Assembly (NCBI GenBank): GCA_964361095.1
Contig: CAYHZA010000002.1
Span: 49,594 to 113,593 of the forward strand
Direction of reading: 5' to 3'
From: an uncultured Candidatus Saccharibacteria bacterium
GTDB taxonomy: Bacteria; Patescibacteriota; Minisyncoccia; UBA6257; 2-01-FULL-56-20
DNA length: 64,000 nt
Shown: piece by piece, positions 57,869 through 64,000 of the stretch
Layout: every line of letters begins with the position of its first letter
How positions within the stretch are numbered: the first letter of the stretch is position 1
Translations under genes and position numbers: made by a program
Notes under the pieces: generated by a model
Seen by the model: the letters and a program-made list of their open reading frames with translations, nothing else
What the model was told of the DNA's origin: nothing
Databases searched by the model: none

Positions 57869-60800
57869 ATGAGTAAATTCAGTACGAAATTTTTGGTAGG
57901 AACACTCGCTGTGATTACGATCATGGGAGTGTTTCCTTACGCTCCGGCCGCTCAAGCGCAGTCAACGTCTGATCTTCAGGCGCAGATTGCCGCTCTCCTT
58001 GCTCAAATCACCGCATTGCAAGCGCAATTGAACATGAATACGACTACGCCAAACACTTCCTTTACCCGCAACCTCACTGTGGGCAGTAAGGGAGCTGACG
58101 TAACCGCTCTCCAGCAGATTTTGATCAATGGTGGCTACTTGAAAATTACGACGGCAACTGCCTACTTTGGTTCTTTGACCAAAGCGGCTTTGGCCGCGTG
58201 GCAGAGCGCGAATGGAATCTCTCCGGCGGTTGGCTACTTCGGCCCTATAAGCCGAGCGGCTATCGGAGGATCAGTAGTAGTTACTCCGGGTACGCCTCCG
58301 GGTCCTCCAGTTGTTGTTCCTGGTTCCGGCTTGAGAGTTAGTCTTTCAAGCAGTAACCCCGCGACCGGCTCTTTGATCTCATCGACCGGTTCAGCGGCGG
58401 CGCGAGTTCCAGTTTTATCCGTGAATCTCACGGCCGGCAGTGCCGGTGGAGTAACGGTAAACGATTTGAAGTTCACGAAAGCAGGCGTTTTGTCTGACAC
58501 CTCGATCTCTTCCGCGTATCTCGTGGAGAGCGGCAAGGTGATTGGGCAGTACAGTTCGCTCTCGGGAGGTGTCATCACTTTTACGGGAATGAACTTGAGC
58601 GTAAACGCCGGTCAGACGAGAACGGTAACCCTGGCTATTGATCCGGCAACGGGTCTTTTGGCAGGAAACACCGTCTCCTTCACGATTGCGAATGCCGCCG
58701 ACGTAGTTGCGGTTGATAATACAAACGCGACCGCGGCTATTTCCGGCATCTTCCCCGTGAGCGGGAACATCTTCACGGTTACCACGGTTTCAAACCCGAG
58801 TATCGCCTCTTTGACGATTTCTTCGTCTTCGGTCGGTACTTCTATCTACGCGGGAACCCAGAATGTCTTGGTTTCGCAGTGGACGTTAACCGGCGCAAGT
58901 AGTCCCGTGAACCTTAGCTCTCTTAACTTTAAGGTAGTTGGTTCCGCGAATAAGAATGACATTAAGAATGTCAAACTCTTCATTAACGGAACGCAGGTTG
59001 GCCCGACGTTGGCGCAGGTTGCTGGCGACGGAAGCGCCTACTTTGACCTCACGTCAAGTCCGGCGAAGATCAATACAGGAAGCGGCAACATGCAGGTCTA
59101 CGCGGATGTCACGGGTTCTCCGAGCTTTAACTTTCAGTTTGAGCTCTTGAATACCTATGACGTCTACGCGATCGACACGCAATACAATGTTCCGGTTTCT
59201 ATAACGATCACGGGCGGTTCCGGCGTGCAGATCACGATTCTCCAAGGAGCTCTTACGGTCTCCCTCGCGAGCGATACTCCGACGAGTAACGTCGCAAAGG
59301 GCGGATCAGGATCCGCTTTGGCGAAATTCACGATCTACGCGGCGGGCGAGCCGGTAAAAGTGAAGTTCTTAACCTTCCGGTTGGATTTCACGGGTACCAC
59401 AACCACGCTTTCAAGCATGGTCAAGAATATGGTCATGGTTGATGACGCGGGTAATCAGGTTGGTACTACGATTAACACGCCTCCTACATCCAATAGTTGC
59501 GATGTAAGCGGCACGGGAACAACGGCCGGATATAATACCGCTGGTACACAGTACACGGATTGTTTCGGCACGAGCTCCTCGAACATCAACTACATTATTC
59601 CGGCGAACACGACTCGAGTTTTGACCCTTCGGTCAGACATTCAGTCGACAGCCGGTTTCTCAACCATCACCGCGAATTTGCTTGCGAGCACCAGCAACTT
59701 GCAGGGTCAAACCTCAAGTCAGTTGGCTTCAAGCGGTTCGGTGACCGGCGCGGCGCTTACCCTCGCGGGGAGCTCCTTAACGGCTTCATTGAACAGCGGC
59801 GTTGGTGCGCAGACGGTTTCGAAGGGCGCGACGAATGTAAGAATCGGATCGTACTCGCTTACCGCTTCTACGGCGGAAGGCGTGAACTTAAACACGATTA
59901 CGATTTTGACCTCGGCAAGCTCATCGAACTTCCAGAACCTCAAACTTAAGGATGGTACTACCCAGATCGGTATTACACAGCCCACGCTTTCTAATAGCGC
60001 GAGCTATACCTTCTCGGGTAACATCAATGTTGCGGCGGGTCAGACAAAGATCATAGATATGTACGCCGATGTGCTCTCGGGCACGGTTGCGGCGACATAT
60101 ACCGCGGTAACGAGCATCAGCTCCTGCTCCGGTTCCGGTTCAATGACCTTTACCTCGGTAACCTGCGGCGCAGTAACCGGCCAAAGCTTGGTGGTTGCCG
60201 GTCAGGCGACTATCGCCGTAACGGCGGACAACTCGCTTGCTCCGGTTGGCACGCAGATCGTGATGGGTGGAACGGGCATCTCGTTGGCGGCTTTCCGCTT
60301 TACGGAAAACACCAACATTGAAGATGTGAAGGTCACCGACCTTAATATCTTCGATCAAGTTGCCTCAACAACTACATCAAAGTCCGGGTTTACGAACTTA
60401 GGGATTTGGAATGGCAGCACGCTTCTTGCGACGACTGGCGCCGCGAGCACATCTGCTTCAAGCTCCAATCCTGGTTCTGGTTACTTCTACCAGTTCCACT
60501 TCGCTAGCCCACTTATCGTTCCGAAGGCCGGCTCGATTTCATTGGTCTTGAAGGGCGACGTGTCTTCGTACACCTCAAGCGGTGCGACGGATAACACGAC
60601 GCATGTCTTTAAGATCTCGACCTCGACCGACAGCGTGAACGATACGGTAGCCGAAACGGTTGTGGCGCTCGGCTCAACCTCAAACGCGACTTCAGCGGTT
60701 ACGCTTTCTTCTGCGACCGGCAATACTATGACGGTATTGAGGACTCGCGCGAGAGTGACGGCTGCTGCAATTGGTTTGACATCGGCGCGCTCAAAAGGAA

Positions 60801-61282
60801 CGAATGACGATATTGGAACCTTAACCTTCGCGGCTGATTCGGCCGGGGCGGTTTCGTTAAACACTATCGTTATCACCTTCAGCGGCACAGCTCCTTCGTC
60901 CTCGAGTTTCTTGGCCAATGTTGATCTCTTGGATCAAAACGGCAACTCGGTGATGAATACATCTGGTGTCGCGAGTAGCACGTCCGCCGCGTGTAGTGGC
61001 GCGAATACTTGTACGAAGACGTACAACTTCGGCAACACGACAGCCGGTTGGACGATATCCGGAGGCAGTTCATACACCTTTAAGATTAGGGTGAATAACA
61101 GCCTTACGGGTACCTTTGCCGCTGGGACTGGTGTGTCTGCTGGTCTCTCCGCGACGATTAATGCTGCTACCGATGTACGGTATACCGACGGTCTCGATTC
61201 GTCAGCGACGTCTAATGTGTCGTTGCCGTCGAACGAGATACCGATTAATGTCAATTCGGTATCCTACGTATCCGGTACATAG
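57869..61282 (+). CDS. Large Thr/Ser-rich surface (S-layer-like) protein with a peptidoglycan-binding domain
   Basis: Signal peptide, LQAQIAALLAQITALQAQL, FTRNLTVGSKGADVTALQ...YFGSLTKAALAAWQ...GYFGP, repeated beta-rich modules. Confidence 0.85.
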   Translation: MSKFSTKFLVGTLAVITIMGVFPYAPAAQAQSTSDLQAQIAALLAQITALQAQLNMNTTTPNTSFTRNLTVGSKGADVTALQQILINGGYLKITTATAYFGSLTKAALAAWQSANGISPAVGYFGPISRAAIGGSVVVTPGTPPGPPVVVPGSGLRVSLSSSNPATGSLISSTGSAAARVPVLSVNLTAGSAGGVTVNDLKFTKAGVLSDTSISSAYLVESGKVIGQYSSLSGGVITFTGMNLSVNAGQTRTVTLAIDPATGLLAGNTVSFTIANAADVVAVDNTNATAAISGIFPVSGNIFTVTTVSNPSIASLTISSSSVGTSIYAGTQNVLVSQWTLTGASSPVNLSSLNFKVVGSANKNDIKNVKLFINGTQVGPTLAQVAGDGSAYFDLTSSPAKINTGSGNMQVYADVTGSPSFNFQFELLNTYDVYAIDTQYNVPVSITITGGSGVQITILQGALTVSLASDTPTSNVAKGGSGSALAKFTIYAAGEPVKVKFLTFRLDFTGTTTTLSSMVKNMVMVDDAGNQVGTTINTPPTSNSCDVSGTGTTAGYNTAGTQYTDCFGTSSSNINYIIPANTTRVLTLRSDIQSTAGFSTITANLLASTSNLQGQTSSQLASSGSVTGAALTLAGSSLTASLNSGVGAQTVSKGATNVRIGSYSLTASTAEGVNLNTITILTSASSSNFQNLKLKDGTTQIGITQPTLSNSASYTFSGNINVAAGQTKIIDMYADVLSGTVAATYTAVTSISSCSGSGSMTFTSVTCGAVTGQSLVVAGQATIAVTADNSLAPVGTQIVMGGTGISLAAFRFTENTNIEDVKVTDLNIFDQVASTTTSKSGFTNLGIWNGSTLLATTGAASTSASSSNPGSGYFYQFHFASPLIVPKAGSISLVLKGDVSSYTSSGATDNTTHVFKISTSTDSVNDTVAETVVALGSTSNATSAVTLSSATGNTMTVLRTRARVTAAAIGLTSARSKGTNDDIGTLTFAADSAGAVSLNTIVITFSGTAPSSSSFLANVDLLDQNGNSVMNTSGVASSTSAACSGANTCTKTYNFGNTTAGWTISGGSSYTFKIRVNNSLTGTFAAGTGVSAGLSATINAATDVRYTDGLDSSATSNVSLPSNEIPINVNSVSYVSGT

Positions 61283-61332
61283 CATACGACTGGATGAAGA
61301 CGTGACGGGAGTTTATCCCGTAGCACGTTTAG

Positions 61333-61370
61333 AAACACCCCCCGCCGAAGGCGGGGGGTGTTTTGTTTTT
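61333..61370 (+). terminator. Strong intrinsic terminator
   Basis: AAACACCCCCCGCC-gaa-GGCGGGGGGTGTTTT followed by T-rich sequence. Confidence 0.9.
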
Positions 61371-61409
61371 CTTGCCTTTCTAGAAAAGAATGCGTAAGAT
61401 TTTTTATAA

Positions 61410-63773
61410 ATGACTTCAAAGACGCTTCTTGCGCTTATTACGTTTTTACTTTTTGCCGCGATAATCGGCACGCCGCTTTTTTATCTTCGGACAAACGTAT
61501 ATCCCCAGGTTCTTCCTAAAACGGGGTATTTCCAGATCGTTGTTGAGATTATGTTCGCGCTCTGGCTGTATCTTGTATTGCTCGACAAGAAATATCGCCC
61601 CAAGCTTACGCCGCTTACCGTTTCTCTTTTTGTTTTTTTAGGCGTCCTTTTTTTAACGGCGCTTACGGGCGTCGATTTCTCGAAAAGCTTATGGTCGCTC
61701 CAAGGGCGGGCGATCGGGATCTTCGCATTCCTGCATTTCGGCGCGCTCTTTCTGGTCGTTGCCTCGCTGAAGCGGGAGCTCGCGTGGCAAAAGCTTTGGT
61801 ATGCCTCGCTTGCGACGAGCATCGTTGTGTGCGTTATCGGTTTTATCCAGCTTAAAATTCCCACCATTCTTTTTCCGACGGAGGGCAGTATCGGCGGCCG
61901 TCCCGGATCAACGTTCGGAAACCCGACCTTTATGGCGGGGTATCTGCTTTTTAACGCCTTTATCGCGGGATGGTTGATCGTGGAAGAGTGGCGCCGCGGT
62001 ATTCGCGGTGATCAAAAAACGAGGCGGCGTGCGGGGTCTCCGTCTTTTATCTTTCTTATCACCGCGTTCCTTGTTACCGCTCTTGGTCTTTTGGTTGCTC
62101 AAACAAGAGGTACGTTTGCCGGAGTCGGGCTTGGATTTTTGGGGCTCATGATCTATGGGAGTTTGAACGGCTGGAGAGAGAAAAAAATACAGCGGATTTC
62201 AGTCGCTTTGCTTATTATTCTTTTTATGTTTGGCGGATTTTTCTTCCTGACGAGAGGAAGCGGCATATGGGCTTCAGTCCCGCTTTTGAACAGGCTTCAA
62301 AATGTTTCGTTCTCATCTCCTGATTTTTTGCCGCGCCTGGTGGCGCTTAAGGCCGCGTGGAGCGGTTTTATCGAGCGGCCGGTTTTCGGGTGGGGATGGG
62401 AAAATTTTAATATTGTATTCAATAAATTTTACGATCCGAAGGTACTCACGATAAGTTACGGGGAAACTCGCTTTGATAAGCCGCACAACGTTGTTTTTGA
62501 ATACTTGGTGAGCGGCGGCATAACCCTTCTCCTCGCCTATCTCGCCCTTATTGCTTCCGCGATCTACGAAGTTTTTTTCGTAAGACGATGGGCGAAAGAA
62601 GAAAAAGATCGCGGCGCGGCGCCGTGGATTGTCGCGCTTATTATCGCCTACATCGTGCACGATTTTTTTGTGTTCGATACCCTGGGACCGCTTCTTATGT
62701 TTTTTCTTATCCTTGGATGGCTCGAGGGATCTTACGTGGATGCACGCCAAGCGGCGCGTACTACTCCGCGCGAAGAGAAAAAAAATACTTACGTGCGAGA
62801 ACAAGGAGTTTTAAAGCATGGCATAGGTTACGGATTGCTATGCGCCGCGCTTATTATGGCGTATATGGTGAACGTACGCGCGCTTTCCGCGGGATACTAC
62901 CAAGCGCTTGGATTTGTGACGACCGGTAAGAACCCATTGCAGGGGATTCATTTTTTTGAAAAAGCGGTCAGCATCAGAGAGCCGTATCAATGGAATATTG
63001 AGCGTGATTTCGCGACGGTAACTTCCGAAGCGTATTTTTATAATCCGGGAAAGATTTCCCGCGATGTGGCATTCCGTGGTTTGGCGCTTATGGAGAAAGT
63101 TGCCGCGGAGCACCCGCTCGATGCCTATAATCATTATGCGTTGGTTGATATGTATAACCAGGTTTTCAATCCGGACGACGAAACAATTCTTACTCTTCCC
63201 GCGGCGGAAAAAGAAAGAATTTTAAAAGAAGAATTTGCGCTTTTGGATAAAGCGGAAAAAGAAGCCGCGATTGCCCTTACGTTAAGCCCGAATCGCCAGG
63301 AGGTGTATTTTTCTCTCTCGAAGACGAAGACATTGCGCGGCGATTATGCCGGAGCCCTCAAGATTTTGGAAAAAACCATAGCGTTGAATCCCGAAGTTCC
63401 CGACGCGCATTTTTACTACGGCTTAGTTGCCTTCGCGAGCGACAAGCTGCAGCTGGGCTATGTTGAAGTTAAGAAGGCGATCGCGCTGGGTCGGAAATGG
63501 AAAAAATACCAGGAACCCCGGGTTGTCGCGGGTTATTTTGCCGACGCCGGGTACCTCGATGAAGCGATTGAGCTCTATAAAACCTCGCTTTCCATGGAGC
63601 CCGGAGAGCTGGAAACGAAAATTAAGCTTGGAGTTGCCTATTATTACGGTAACCAACGCGCCCTAGCGAAGCAGTATCTTACGGAAGTCGCCGCCGCCGT
63701 TGATCTCTCGCGTAGCATCGGATATGCGAGTATAAAGCCGATCCTTATGGATCTAGGAATTCCAGTAGAATGA
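61410..63773 (+). CDS. O-antigen ligase/Wzy_C-like membrane protein with C-terminal TPRs
   Basis: STFGNPTFMAGYL, QTRG, RPVFGWGWENF, DKPHNVVFE, TPR helices. Confidence 0.88.
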   Translation: MTSKTLLALITFLLFAAIIGTPLFYLRTNVYPQVLPKTGYFQIVVEIMFALWLYLVLLDKKYRPKLTPLTVSLFVFLGVLFLTALTGVDFSKSLWSLQGRAIGIFAFLHFGALFLVVASLKRELAWQKLWYASLATSIVVCVIGFIQLKIPTILFPTEGSIGGRPGSTFGNPTFMAGYLLFNAFIAGWLIVEEWRRGIRGDQKTRRRAGSPSFIFLITAFLVTALGLLVAQTRGTFAGVGLGFLGLMIYGSLNGWREKKIQRISVALLIILFMFGGFFFLTRGSGIWASVPLLNRLQNVSFSSPDFLPRLVALKAAWSGFIERPVFGWGWENFNIVFNKFYDPKVLTISYGETRFDKPHNVVFEYLVSGGITLLLAYLALIASAIYEVFFVRRWAKEEKDRGAAPWIVALIIAYIVHDFFVFDTLGPLLMFFLILGWLEGSYVDARQAARTTPREEKKNTYVREQGVLKHGIGYGLLCAALIMAYMVNVRALSAGYYQALGFVTTGKNPLQGIHFFEKAVSIREPYQWNIERDFATVTSEAYFYNPGKISRDVAFRGLALMEKVAAEHPLDAYNHYALVDMYNQVFNPDDETILTLPAAEKERILKEEFALLDKAEKEAAIALTLSPNRQEVYFSLSKTKTLRGDYAGALKILEKTIALNPEVPDAHFYYGLVAFASDKLQLGYVEVKKAIALGRKWKKYQEPRVVAGYFADAGYLDEAIELYKTSLSMEPGELETKIKLGVAYYYGNQRALAKQYLTEVAAAVDLSRSIGYASIKPILMDLGIPVE

Positions 63774-63898
63774 TGGGTAATATTGAATTTGCGTGCCAAT
63801 ATGCTACAATAAACCATACATAAAGCGCAAAGGTCGAGAATATAACATACTTAAATACTTGTAACGTTGATTCCATTGGGAAGCGTTAAAATAAAAAT

Positions 63899-64000
63899 AT
63901 GACAAAAGAAGGATTAATTGAGGCCGTTATGAAAGAGGCCAATATTGAGGTAAAGACTCATGCCAAGCAAGTCGTAGAGGCGGTCTTTGATTCTATCGTA
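63899..64000 (+). CDS. hup: HU-family DNA-binding protein (5' part only)
   Basis: MTKEGLIEAVMKEANIEVKTHAKQVVEAVFDSIV; runs off the window end. Confidence 0.8.
   Translation, partial: MTKEGLIEAVMKEANIEVKTHAKQVVEAVFDSIV

Overview
A 64-kb chromosomal segment in genetic code 11, most likely from a Patescibacteria/CPR (Parcubacteria-like) bacterium. This assignment is inferred from the TrbC/VirB2-like pilin cluster, the large Thr/Ser-rich surface protein, the rpsO-NYN-pnp order, the tRNA-Ile(UAU) and the scarcity of Shine-Dalgarno sites. Housekeeping genes include nusA, hppA, clpP, tyrS, ftsH, dcd-glyA-folD, an S1-domain gene, gyrA, a Xer-type recombinase, rpsO, pnp, recA, ftsK, a cysteine desulfurase, htrA, clpB, a galU-like gene and a partial HU gene, plus 8 intact tRNAs. 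The most notable observations are: (1) two tandem, integrase-free cassettes (1276 and 1192 bp) inserted at the 3' end of tRNA-Phe, sharing att-like cores, a 329-bp left arm and a 35-bp right arm but carrying different two-gene cargo (HicBA; DUF5678-like plus retropepsin); (2) an AATGCGGCAA motif clustered both in an origin/centromere-like region with three parS-like palindromes and inside the coding sequence of a C-terminal winged-HTH gene 57 kb away; (3) a tRNA-Val(UAC) nested inside a second, doubly interrupted tRNA-Val; (4) a recurring AAAGGTCGA leader motif, many apparently leaderless genes, several palindromic mini-element families and a candidate structured RNA before dcd-glyA-folD. All calls come from reading the sequence and ORF track; no database searches were run.
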